Of a stretch of DNA of 64,000 nucleotides, positions 18,755 to 27,448 are shown piece by piece. This DNA comes from an uncultured virus (IMG/VR IMGVR_UViG_3300031975_000839) (lineage: Duplodnaviria; Heunggongvirae; Uroviricota; Caudoviricetes): IMG/VR virus record IMGVR_UViG_3300031975_000839, one strand, 5' to 3'. Position numbers and translations under genes: made by a program. How positions within the stretch are numbered: position 1 is the stretch's first letter; every line of letters begins with the position of its first letter. The notes below the pieces were generated by a model that did not search any database, was not told the origin of the DNA, and saw nothing but the letters and a program-made list of their open reading frames with translations.

Positions 18755-19812
18755 ATTTCTAAATCCTGAGCTTCACGATATAGTTTTGCAACAGTTTCTT
18801 TAAGTTTTTTCTTATCAAGATTCACCTCTAATTCATCAATATATTTTCCAAGTAGTGTCATAGTATCTTCTGTATTGTTTACTATATCATCAGATACAGT
18901 ATTTGCATCTAAGTCAGAAAAATCTTCTACAATCTTAACTTCATGGCAATCTGCTTTAAGTAGTTTATCAGTAAACTTATCAAACTTATATAAGTCTTTT
19001 TTATTAACTACAATCAACTTTACATATTGATTTTTGTATTTTTTTACATCATGGTTATCATAATCTTCTTGCGTATCATCATAATATATTTTTGTAAATA
19101 TTGTATACGGATTTATTACTCTTGTCAACTCCCTAGTTTCTGTATCAAAGATATGAAATCCTTTTGGATCATTGTAATCGTTCCAAGTAATCTGATAAGG
19201 TGTTCCTAGATAATAAATTTGCCCATCATCTGACTTGTGATGAAAATGTCCACTCATTACTGTATGAAATTTTCTAAACTTATCTTTAGTGTACAATCCA
19301 TCTGAAATTTGTCCAACATGCATTTCAAATCCACTTATATCTAAATGGCCCATCACTACTTCTGCTTTTGTTTCTTGCATCATGCCAAACGCATAGATTT
19401 CATTTTGAGGATTAATCCAAGGCATCAATAGTATTTGTAGTCCACCAAACTCTACTTCCTGTGCTTCTGAATAAATGTGTATGTTTGAATATCTATTTCC
19501 TAAAAGTTCTTCAAGTGAGTTAACATCATTTGTATTTCTAAAATAAATGTCGTGATTACCAACTAGCATATGTAATTGTATTTGCATATGATTAAATGGT
19601 TGAATAAATCTTTCACGAAAATCTTTTGAAATACGATAAGAAATGTATTTTCTTCTATCAAGAACATCACCTAAATGCACACAATGTTTGATATTGTTTT
19701 GCTGTAAGTATGGAAAAAATACTCCCTCATAAAACTGATAGAAGTATTCATTAAAATTCATATTATCATTTCTTGCACCGAAGTGTGTGTCTGTTATTAG
19801 TGCAATTTTCAT
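18751..19812 (-). CDS. gp47: Recombination endonuclease subunit (Mre11/SbcD-like)
   Basis: DTHFG, HLGD, GNHD, GHFH phosphoesterase motifs. Confidence 0.95.
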   Translation of the reverse strand: MKIALITDTHFGARNDNMNFNEYFYQFYEGVFFPYLQQNNIKHCVHLGDVLDRRKYISYRISKDFRERFIQPFNHMQIQLHMLVGNHDIYFRNTNDVNSLEELLGNRYSNIHIYSEAQEVEFGGLQILLMPWINPQNEIYAFGMMQETKAEVVMGHLDISGFEMHVGQISDGLYTKDKFRKFHTVMSGHFHHKSDDGQIYYLGTPYQITWNDYNDPKGFHIFDTETRELTRVINPYTIFTKIYYDDTQEDYDNHDVKKYKNQYVKLIVVNKKDLYKFDKFTDKLLKADCHEVKIVEDFSDLDANTVSDDIVNNTEDTMTLLGKYIDELEVNLDKKKLKETVAKLYREAQDLEI

Positions 19813-20348
19813 TCTGACTTATCCATAAAGTTTTCTAATCCCTCTGGTTTATTTGATGCTTCTTTTTTCTTTGGCTTGTAAACATCTTCGTCTGGTAACA
19901 TAATAGTAGGGTCAAATCCTTGAATAGAATACTTACTATCGTCATGCTCCATAGTTGTAAATAATTCATAACTTTGTTTTTCTATAAGTTTATTTTTTAC
20001 ATGAGTTTGTTTTTTCTCTTTTTGTATTCTACGAATAAACGCATAGTATATTATTTGTGTAAAATATGCAAAAGGATTCTTTGATTTTTCTGGATTGAAG
20101 TTGTGAATATATTGTAAACAATTTTCTATACCATCAGATATCATTTCCTGACGATAAGTGTAATTAATAAAATTAGGTTTATATGATAACCCATTTGCAA
20201 TTTTAAGAAAACACTCACCTATGTAATTCGTTATCTGTGGTTTTTCATCTCCAGCTTCTTCTGCTTCTTGACATTTTTCTTTCCACTCTTTGAGTGATTC
20301 TAAAAACTTTTTATTATCTACATAGTGTGTATTTTTTTGCTTTGACAT
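19809..20348 (-). CDS. gp55: Late-transcription sigma factor
   Basis: HYVDNKKF, YIGECFLKIA, MISDGIENC, NPFAYFTQI. Confidence 0.95.
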   Translation of the reverse strand: MSKQKNTHYVDNKKFLESLKEWKEKCQEAEEAGDEKPQITNYIGECFLKIANGLSYKPNFINYTYRQEMISDGIENCLQYIHNFNPEKSKNPFAYFTQIIYYAFIRRIQKEKKQTHVKNKLIEKQSYELFTTMEHDDSKYSIQGFDPTIMLPDEDVYKPKKKEASNKPEGLENFMDKSE

Positions 20349-20370
20349 TTAACTTTTACCATCTCTTTCT

Positions 20371-20997
20371 TTATTGTTTTCCTTTTACATGATTTATAAA
20401 ACCTTTTGTATCATTCAACGCATAACTTAAAATTTGATTAACTTGCAAATGATTAAACCAGCCTGTTGTAATATATTTGTCCTGTGTTGGTGATATGACA
20501 CCACGATGTGTATGAGTAAAATCTGTGGGCCATATTAAAGTCCTACCTTTTACTGGTTTAATTTTTATATTCTGATAATAAAATTCTGTTTCTCCACCAT
20601 CATCTACATCATTTAAATAAGTCATCCATACTAATGCTCTTTGAGGAGGATTACTTGAAGTTCTTTCATTGTGCCATTCAAAAAATCCCTCATTAGGAGC
20701 ATAGTGTTGTATATTAAATCCCTCAAGCATTTCTAACCCAAAAAAACCACAGGAATATTTTTCAGTATATATTTCAGCAAGACTAAACAAATATTTCAAA
20801 TATTTTTGTATTAAAGGATTATTTGTGTATGGTGGAATTGTTAAATCTGTGGAAACTTTTGCAACATTTTTTGTTTTTATACCAGTGCTACCTTTTGTTT
20901 GATGCTCTTCATTACTTTTAAAATATTCTAAAAGTTCATCACAAATATACAAATCTTTATCATCAAGCTGTGCTTGTAATATAAAGTTTTCACTCAT
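20371..20997 (-). CDS. 2OG-Fe(II) oxygenase (P4H-like, HxE variant)
   Basis: WHNE...WMTYLNDVDDGGETEF...THRG...KYITTGW; likely start MSENF. Confidence 0.85.
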   Translation of the reverse strand: MSENFILQAQLDDKDLYICDELLEYFKSNEEHQTKGSTGIKTKNVAKVSTDLTIPPYTNNPLIQKYLKYLFSLAEIYTEKYSCGFFGLEMLEGFNIQHYAPNEGFFEWHNERTSSNPPQRALVWMTYLNDVDDGGETEFYYQNIKIKPVKGRTLIWPTDFTHTHRGVISPTQDKYITTGWFNHLQVNQILSYALNDTKGFINHVKGKQ

Positions 20998-21025
20998 AAA
21001 ATAGTCCTTTTTTAAAATTACAACT

Positions 21026-21054
21026 ATTCTACACAATTAAAGCAGTAATGTCAA
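21026..21054 (-). promoter_or_regulatory. Sigma70-type promoter feeding the 2OG-gp55-gp47 genes
   Basis: TTGACA-17 bp-TAGAAT. Confidence 0.8.
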
Positions 21055-21064
21055 GTCTTATCAA

Positions 21065-21673
21065 TTATTTCCACTTTGCTTGATTAAGACTAATATAATG
21101 TTTATAATCTCTTTCAGTATCATTTGTATCATAAAAATTAAACCAACCAGTAACAATATATTTGTGTTGCGTTGGTGATGTGATGCCACGATGTAAATGT
21201 GTAAAGTCTGTAGGCCATATTACACATTTACCTTTTACTGGTTTAACTTTTAATTTTTGGTAAAAAAATTCTGTTTCTCCACCATCGTCTACATCGTTGA
21301 GATATGTCATCCATACTAATCCACGCTGCCATGATTGAGTTGTTGTTCTCTCACAGTGCCAAGCAAAATAACCCTCATTTGGTGCGTAGTGTTGTATATT
21401 AAATGATTCTTTTAGTCCTATTTTAATCCTACCTTTAAGACTGTATTTCTCAAGATATTCAATTAATTTTCCTGATAATTGTTGCACATATTTTTGAATA
21501 GTTGGGTGCTGTGTCCAAGCAACTATAACATCAGTAGATTTTTTAATTTCAGCATCAGTACCATCAGAGGTTAAACCTCTCATTTTTTCATATACATTGT
21601 TTTTATGATATTCAATTAATTCATCACAAACAGATACATCTTTTAACATAGTTTCATATATAAAATTTTCCAT
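21065..21673 (-). CDS. 2OG-Fe(II) oxygenase (tandem paralog of 20371..20997)
   Basis: WHCE...WMTYLNDVDDGGETEF...LHRG...KYIVTGW. Confidence 0.85.
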   Translation of the reverse strand: MENFIYETMLKDVSVCDELIEYHKNNVYEKMRGLTSDGTDAEIKKSTDVIVAWTQHPTIQKYVQQLSGKLIEYLEKYSLKGRIKIGLKESFNIQHYAPNEGYFAWHCERTTTQSWQRGLVWMTYLNDVDDGGETEFFYQKLKVKPVKGKCVIWPTDFTHLHRGITSPTQHKYIVTGWFNFYDTNDTERDYKHYISLNQAKWK

Positions 21674-21682
21674 AATTAATCC

Positions 21683-21711
21683 TTGACAAAATTCAATTTT
21701 TTTATTATAAT
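21683..21711 (+). promoter_or_regulatory. Consensus sigma70 promoter in antisense orientation
   Basis: TTGACA-17 bp-TATAAT on the plus strand, pointing into minus-strand genes. Confidence 0.55.
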
Positions 21712-21729
21712 AAGTGTGTAACGATAAGG

Positions 21730-22134
21730 CTAGTGAACAGTTCTACTTTTGATTTCTTGCATAAGTTGTTCAATTTCACTATCATCTAGTTTTTCCAAAT
21801 CATCTTCTTCTGGTATTGGTATTTCTTCTACTTTAGTCATTTTTGGCTCATCTAGTTTTTTTAAAATATATTCATAATATTTACTCAATCCATCTGAAGC
21901 TGAAACATTAATGACAATTGAGTTTTTTTCAATTAAATAACTATCTTCATCAGTAAATGGTTTTATCCATTTTACTAATCCTAAAGTTTCTTTTATTCTT
22001 CCATCTCTACTTGATGTTTGTTGCACATCTAATAACAATGGATTTTCAACTTTTATTTGTTCTTTAAGAGTTTCAACGATACGACATATTATATCTTCAC
22101 CATTTGATAATTTTAAAACTGAATACTTATTCAT
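21730..22134 (-). CDS. Conserved T4-like protein downstream of uvsW (Sm-like fold)
   Basis: LKLSNGEDIIC N-terminus and syntenic position. Confidence 0.6.
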   Translation of the reverse strand: MNKYSVLKLSNGEDIICRIVETLKEQIKVENPLLLDVQQTSSRDGRIKETLGLVKWIKPFTDEDSYLIEKNSIVINVSASDGLSKYYEYILKKLDEPKMTKVEEIPIPEEDDLEKLDDSEIEQLMQEIKSRTVH

Positions 22135-23585
22135 ATCTTTATCCTATCTATTTCATAATTAAATTGTTCTTCATTGTAGATATTTATTCTGTCTTGAAAA
22201 TGGGACATTGTATAATTAATTCTTCCTTTGTAGGAAAGATCGTCTGCGATGTCGTAAAGCCGAGTGGTATTGTTATCTTTAGAAATTCGCAACCCTCGTC
22301 CAATGCTTTGTAGCACTCTAATTCTTGACTTACTTGGACTAGAGAACACGACATTATGGAGATTCCTAATATTAATACCAGTGCTAAATGTGCCGTACGA
22401 TGCAACAATAATCGCATCTGTTTCTTTTTCAGTGATTGCACGAATCTTTTCCCTAGTTTCTGTATTTGTTCCACCATATACAAAAAATACCTTTCTTTTA
22501 AAATCTTTCATTAGTGAGTGTAACACAACTCCATGTTTTTCTACAAGTTTAAAAAGACACAAAGTGTTTCCATTAAGAGTATCGCACAGCCGAACAATAA
22601 AACTATTGCGTTTATATAAACTAACCAAGAAATCCATTTCCTCTGCATATGTAAAATCCTTAGATTTTTTACAATCGTCCTCTGAATGTTTTAGCACTAC
22701 ACATTTTATATCAAGAGTTGCAATAGTTTTTTTATCCATCAACTCTTTTGTAGTTGTTACTTTTTTTACTGAGCCAAACAAACCCTCTAAAATTAATCTA
22801 TGAGTTTGTGTTCCATCTAATGTTCCAGTTAATCCAAATCTATATTTACACATATCAAGTTTTGTCATAATACCAGTAAGTGATTTTGCTTTGAACATGT
22901 GAGCCTCATCACCTATGACACACCCAAACTGACTAAAATATTTTTTAGGTAATTTATATAAAGATTGCCATGTTGATATGAATATAGATTTGTCTGACTG
23001 TAAATCATGCCCAGCATAAATTCTATGTAAATGTTTTTCACTCCACCCATAATCAAGAAAATCAGAAAACATTTGCTCAACTAAAGATGTCGTTGGAACA
23101 AGTATTAATATCTTTTTATCCTGTAAAGTTTTATAGTATCTTACTAGTGCATAAATGATAAGTGATTTACCAGAAGCAGTTGGGCTTACTAATAAACATC
23201 TATTTTTTTGTATCGCATGACAAAACGCATCTGATTGATAATCTCTTACTTCTAATTGTTTTCCTTTTGACATTGGTTTGAGAGAAATGATATATTCCCT
23301 TGCTATATTACAGTTAATCTCTCTATCACTCTCTATATCGTTCTCAGAGGTATATTCTATATCATTTCTATTACAAAACTCTTTTATGTAAGGTAATAAT
23401 CCCACATAAATTTTACCAGTCTGCTGTGAAAATAATCTTATCTTACCATCCCAAACACGACTACGATAGGTAGGCATAAACTTTGCACCAGGCACTTCAA
23501 AGGTAAAATAATCTGCAAGTTCTCTTGAAACTGCATCATCTACTTCTATGTGATAATAGACTTCGTTAAGTTTAGATATGTGCAT
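22131..23585 (-). CDS. uvsW: UvsW SF2 DNA helicase
   Basis: SPTASGKS, GDEAH, GLTGT, QSIGRGLR. Confidence 0.95.
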   Translation of the reverse strand: MHISKLNEVYYHIEVDDAVSRELADYFTFEVPGAKFMPTYRSRVWDGKIRLFSQQTGKIYVGLLPYIKEFCNRNDIEYTSENDIESDREINCNIAREYIISLKPMSKGKQLEVRDYQSDAFCHAIQKNRCLLVSPTASGKSLIIYALVRYYKTLQDKKILILVPTTSLVEQMFSDFLDYGWSEKHLHRIYAGHDLQSDKSIFISTWQSLYKLPKKYFSQFGCVIGDEAHMFKAKSLTGIMTKLDMCKYRFGLTGTLDGTQTHRLILEGLFGSVKKVTTTKELMDKKTIATLDIKCVVLKHSEDDCKKSKDFTYAEEMDFLVSLYKRNSFIVRLCDTLNGNTLCLFKLVEKHGVVLHSLMKDFKRKVFFVYGGTNTETREKIRAITEKETDAIIVASYGTFSTGINIRNLHNVVFSSPSKSRIRVLQSIGRGLRISKDNNTTRLYDIADDLSYKGRINYTMSHFQDRINIYNEEQFNYEIDRIKI

Positions 23586-24231
23586 ATTGTAAAGTGTTTG
23601 GCTCACCATATTCACCACGAGCTATAATGTTCCAAGCAATACTAATTCTTTCATCATTTGTTTGAGGCACCCAATGCTGTAACCAAGATGGAAAAATAAT
23701 TCCTATTCCTATTGAAGAAGATTGAATACTATTAAATTTTAATTCCATTAAATCTGAATTTAAATTATTTTGTTCTTTTTTTCTTGGCCTAAAAACACTA
23801 GCTTGTGGCCTAGGGTCAAAAAAAACTATTGGAGAAGAATCTAATGATGATTGTAAATAAAATACTCCAGATAAAAAATTATTTGAGTGCGTGTGTGGGT
23901 GATGTGCAGACCTAGATGAGTTAGGTTTAAGTATGTTTCCCCACATATTTGTTATTTCTAATTTTTCATACCCATATCCTAAATCTTCCATTACATCCTC
24001 AGTATGTTTATAGATAGAATTAACTAATGGTTCAAAAACTTTAGATTCATGTAAGTGACGATTTTCTTGAGTTCCTAATCTCCGAACTTTTTTACCATCT
24101 TTTTCTGATATACTTTCAGATGCGATTAAATTGTTCATATCATTTCTTTCATTATTTTTAAAATTATGTTCAAATTTATAAATACAAGTAGGAAACGCAT
24201 CAATTCTTTCCATATTTTTTACATTAGCCAT
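23572..24231 (-). CDS. TIGR02466-like 2OG-Fe(II) oxygenase
   Basis: MWGN...HPHTHSNNFLSGVFY...FFDPRP...FPSWLQHWV...RISIAWN. Confidence 0.85.
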   Translation of the reverse strand: MANVKNMERIDAFPTCIYKFEHNFKNNERNDMNNLIASESISEKDGKKVRRLGTQENRHLHESKVFEPLVNSIYKHTEDVMEDLGYGYEKLEITNMWGNILKPNSSRSAHHPHTHSNNFLSGVFYLQSSLDSSPIVFFDPRPQASVFRPRKKEQNNLNSDLMELKFNSIQSSSIGIGIIFPSWLQHWVPQTNDERISIAWNIIARGEYGEPNTLQYAHI

Positions 24232-24773
24232 GTTACTATACTCCATCTTTCACTATCAGTTATTTTTTTTACTTCATGTGGAAACATAAAGTTAGAAGGA
24301 AAAATAATACCTGAACCCATTTTAGTTTTATACTTATTACCAGACACTACAAGTTCACCACCCTTGTAATTATCATTTAAAAATAATAATGCACTTACTT
24401 GTGGAAAACCATATTCTTGTCCATGCGAGTGGTGTATATTATCAGTATGCTCTGACATAAATCCACCAACTGAATATCTGTTTATTCTAAATCCAGAATG
24501 TCTTTGGCAACTAAATTTATCAAATTTTTCTGAATATTTTTTAATTACTTTACCAAAAAAATCATTAATTATACTAACTACATTTTTATCTTTCACCCAC
24601 ATATCATCCATAACAACTCTTTTATTACTATTTTTTATTTCCCCAGAATCGTTTGCATATGTTGATGGTTTTAGTTGCCCACTATTTTTTGCAAATTTAA
24701 TTATATCTTGGCATTTATTTTTAGGAATAATATCTTCATAATAACCTATCCATTTTTTTAAACTATTCATCAC
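24219..24773 (-). CDS. 2OG-Fe(II) oxygenase (P4H-like)
   Basis: EHTD...LNDNYKGGE...FPSNFMFPHEV...RWSIVTW. Confidence 0.85.
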   Translation of the reverse strand: MMNSLKKWIGYYEDIIPKNKCQDIIKFAKNSGQLKPSTYANDSGEIKNSNKRVVMDDMWVKDKNVVSIINDFFGKVIKKYSEKFDKFSCQRHSGFRINRYSVGGFMSEHTDNIHHSHGQEYGFPQVSALLFLNDNYKGGELVVSGNKYKTKMGSGIIFPSNFMFPHEVKKITDSERWSIVTWLM

Positions 24774-25198
24774 ATCATTCCTGCTTCAAATTGTCTCCAG
24801 CTGATTGCATTTTTGATATCCCATTGCCTACTTTGAATAGATTTTAAAATACCATCAATGTACTTAATGACAGATTCTAAGTATGCGATTTTATGCTCTG
24901 CTTTAATAATATCTTCATCTGATTCTATGTAAATGTGTAAATCATTTTTGAGGACTTTAAGATCAAATGGTTTGGTTACATAGACTTTTGCATCAGCCTT
25001 ACCACCATAGTATTCCCATTTTTCACGATACAAAACTTTGTAATCACCTTTTGCACGATACAATAAAAATTCAAAGTTTGTTTTGTGGTCAAGATACTTT
25101 GCATAAAGTTCTTGGTTTTTGTAAGATTCAGTATCTAGTCGTTCATCATTTATCTTCAAGTCTTTTTCAACTTGAGCTTTCAACTCATCAAGTGTCAT
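24770..25198 (-). CDS. uvsY: Recombination mediator UvsY
   Basis: KWEYYGGKA...PFDLKV...IKNAISWRQFEAG; position between gp3 and uvsW. Confidence 0.85.
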   Translation of the reverse strand: MTLDELKAQVEKDLKINDERLDTESYKNQELYAKYLDHKTNFEFLLYRAKGDYKVLYREKWEYYGGKADAKVYVTKPFDLKVLKNDLHIYIESDEDIIKAEHKIAYLESVIKYIDGILKSIQSRQWDIKNAISWRQFEAGMM

Positions 25199-25210
25199 AA
25201 TTACTCCATA

Positions 25211-25789
25211 TTATATTGTTACTATTTCATATATTTTATATTGAAAATTTACCTCTACAGTTAAATACTCTACATCAGTAGCAGCTTGTGTATAACTTAA
25301 TCCACCTAAAGATGTTGGAAAAATATCTTGAAAACGAACTTCTACTAGTGGATTATTTTTATTGGATAATATTGTAAGTGTTGCATCACCATACATTCCT
25401 CTATCTGGTGTTGCTGGTTGTGTATCTCCAATATCATTACTTGTTCCTAAAGTTGCTTGTGGACTGTTTGAAGTTGAGGATCTAAAAGTTGCAAATTGTG
25501 TTCTACTTTTAGGAAAACCAGTTCCAGTAATCCAATCATGTATTGTTATATAATTTTCTAAAAACTCATCTACAATAAAAGATATTGTTAAATCTTCATA
25601 GTCTGGCTTATCACCTAGTGTTGGAATATTTTTAAATGGTGTATTGTAAGTTGCAGCTGGTAAACTAACGCCAGGCAAATTTGCAGCTGTAGTAAAAAAC
25701 TCAACTTTAGGAAGTTGATTAATACTAAACTTAAATTGAGTTGGTGAAGAATAGTCTAGTTTAGTTGGTTGTCTTGATATTGATGTCAT
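25211..25789 (-). CDS. gp3: Tail completion/tube terminator protein
   Basis: SPTQFKF...PKVEFF...ANLPG...FIVDEFLENY...DATL.ILS...FPTSL; likely start MTSISRQP. Confidence 0.85.
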   Translation of the reverse strand: MTSISRQPTKLDYSSPTQFKFSINQLPKVEFFTTAANLPGVSLPAATYNTPFKNIPTLGDKPDYEDLTISFIVDEFLENYITIHDWITGTGFPKSRTQFATFRSSTSNSPQATLGTSNDIGDTQPATPDRGMYGDATLTILSNKNNPLVEVRFQDIFPTSLGGLSYTQAATDVEYLTVEVNFQYKIYEIVTI

Positions 25790-25794
25790 AACAT

Positions 25795-25802
25795 TATTTA
25801 TA
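25795..25802 (-). promoter_or_regulatory. Late promoter TATAAATA immediately before the gp3 ATG
   Basis: Exact motif 5 nt upstream of the ATG at 25789. Confidence 0.7.
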
Positions 25803-25806
25803 ATGT

Positions 25807-25836
25807 AAAAAAGGGACTCCATAAGAAGTCCCTTTT
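25807..25836 (-). terminator. Rho-independent terminator after pqqA
   Basis: AAAAGGGACT...AGTCCCTTTTTT hairpin. Confidence 0.75.
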
Positions 25837-25859
25837 CTGTTTGACAAATTTAAATTTGA

Positions 25860-25931
25860 TTACTTGTTAGCAATATACATTGTTACTTCAAAACCAAATC
25901 TCATTTCTTCGTATGATGGTGTATTCCACAT
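25860..25931 (-). CDS. pqqA: Coenzyme PQQ precursor peptide PqqA (23 aa, MWNTPSYEEMRFGFEVTMYIANK)
   Basis: Translated by hand; W-x-x-P and GFEVTMY (E-x3-Y) signature; AGGAG RBS at 25940-25944; own terminator. Confidence 0.9.
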   Translation of the reverse strand: MWNTPSYEEMRFGFEVTMYIANK

Positions 25932-26010
25932 GATAATATCTCCTATTATAATATTACTCTTATATAGTATTTTTAAATTGTTTTAACCATACAGAAAATC
26001 ATTATTTTTA

Positions 26011-26044
26011 CAAAAAAAAAAGGGAAACCGAAGTCTCCCTTTTT
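26011..26044 (-). terminator. Rho-independent terminator after gp23
   Basis: AAAAAGGGAGAC-TTCG-GTTTCCCTTTTTTTTT. Confidence 0.85.
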
Positions 26045-26074
26045 AGTTTTGGTTGGTTATTCCAACTCTTGTTA

Positions 26075-27406
26075 TTACATAAGGTTTGTAACTTTAACTC
26101 GTCTGTAATACTTGTTAGTGTTACCAGTAATACTGATTGCACCCTCGGCTGTTGCAGCAACTGTTCCAGTATGGAATGGGTTAGCAGCAATTCCGTAACG
26201 AGTCTTAAATCCAATTTTTGGTTGGAAAGTGTGCTCACCAACTGCACGAACCATTTGTAATGGAACATATGGGCAGTAGAACATACCAGCATCGTATGGT
26301 GATGTACCTTTGTAACCAACAACATAGTATTGTGATGCAGCTACATTTGCAGCATATGGATCAACATATACTTTATATCTACCATTAAGTACACCAGCAA
26401 ATGTTGTTGTAGTGTCATCAACATTTAAGTTGTTGTTAAGAGCAGGAGCATAGTCAAGAACACCAGCCATTTGAAGTGCAGATGCAACATCAGCAGAACA
26501 AAGGATCATGTTACCCTTTCCTCTACGAGTTTGTTGACCGATTGCGTTTGCGTCTCTTTCAACTGCGAACATTAAACCCTTGAACTTCTCAACACTCCAT
26601 CTACCATTAGAATCTGTGTCAAGGTCAAAGATACCACCAGTTGTTGTATTAGTTTGAGCACCAGCAACAGCTGTTACATAAATGTTTCTAACAACTTCTC
26701 TGTTAATTTCTGCAAGAATTTCAGCAGATAAGATGTTTGCAAGTTCTGTTTCTGCATCTAAACCATGAATTGCTTTTAAGTCTTGAGCAAGTTCCATTGA
26801 ATATTCTGCTTTAAGAGCTCTAGTAACTGCTGTTACTGTGTGCTTCTCAATTGAGAAAGCCATCTCAGCGAATACATTAGTAGATGTGTTATCACCTAAT
26901 GCTTCACCTTGTGCAGTTGTCATACCAGTTACAGTTTCGTATGTTCCAGCAGATGGGCTGTCATTTAATACAGCAGGGTTAGTTGCAGTATCAGTAACAT
27001 CACCACCACCAGTTGTACTAGCTTTGTTCTGGTTAGAGAAATCTGGCATAGACTCGTCAGCAAGTGCTTCAGCACCAGTTTGCGAATTGAATCTTGAACG
27101 CATTGCAAAGATAAGTCCAGTTGGGCCTGTCATTGGTTGCACACCACAAATGTCATATGCAATTAAGTTTGGCATTGATCTTCTAACTAAAGAAATGAGA
27201 ATCGGATCCCAATTATCAACTGAAGATCCAGTTGAGTTAGATGGTGCAGCCTCTGATAGAAATGATCTATCTTCTCTTAAGGCTTTTTCTTGGTTTTCAA
27301 GAATTAAAGTAGTAACTGCCCTCTTGTAAGAATCGCTGATTTCAGGTAAATCAGGATGTGCAAGGACTGGCTTCCACTTTTCTTGTAGATCTTGTGTTTG
27401 ATACAT
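26075..27406 (-). CDS. gp23: Major capsid protein
   Basis: DPILISLVRR, GVQPMTGPTGLIFAMR, RALKAEYSMELAQDLKAIHGLDAE, FQPKIGFKTRYG. Confidence 0.98.
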   Translation of the reverse strand: MYQTQDLQEKWKPVLAHPDLPEISDSYKRAVTTLILENQEKALREDRSFLSEAAPSNSTGSSVDNWDPILISLVRRSMPNLIAYDICGVQPMTGPTGLIFAMRSRFNSQTGAEALADESMPDFSNQNKASTTGGGDVTDTATNPAVLNDSPSAGTYETVTGMTTAQGEALGDNTSTNVFAEMAFSIEKHTVTAVTRALKAEYSMELAQDLKAIHGLDAETELANILSAEILAEINREVVRNIYVTAVAGAQTNTTTGGIFDLDTDSNGRWSVEKFKGLMFAVERDANAIGQQTRRGKGNMILCSADVASALQMAGVLDYAPALNNNLNVDDTTTTFAGVLNGRYKVYVDPYAANVAASQYYVVGYKGTSPYDAGMFYCPYVPLQMVRAVGEHTFQPKIGFKTRYGIAANPFHTGTVAATAEGAISITGNTNKYYRRVKVTNLM

Positions 27407-27432
27407 TGTATCTCTCCTTATTATTTTCTACT

Positions 27433-27440
27433 TATTTATA
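27433..27440 (-). promoter_or_regulatory. Late promoter TATAAATA
   Basis: Exact motif upstream of gp23. Confidence 0.8.
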
Positions 27441-27448
27441 ATTTTCTG

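Noticed and set aside
25841..25875. Plus-strand TTGACA as an antisense promoter to pqqA
   Set aside because: No acceptable -10 box at 16-18 bp spacing
25988..26006. Fur-box-like sequence upstream of pqqA
   Set aside because: Only 13/19 match and not palindromic; expected by chance in AT-rich DNA
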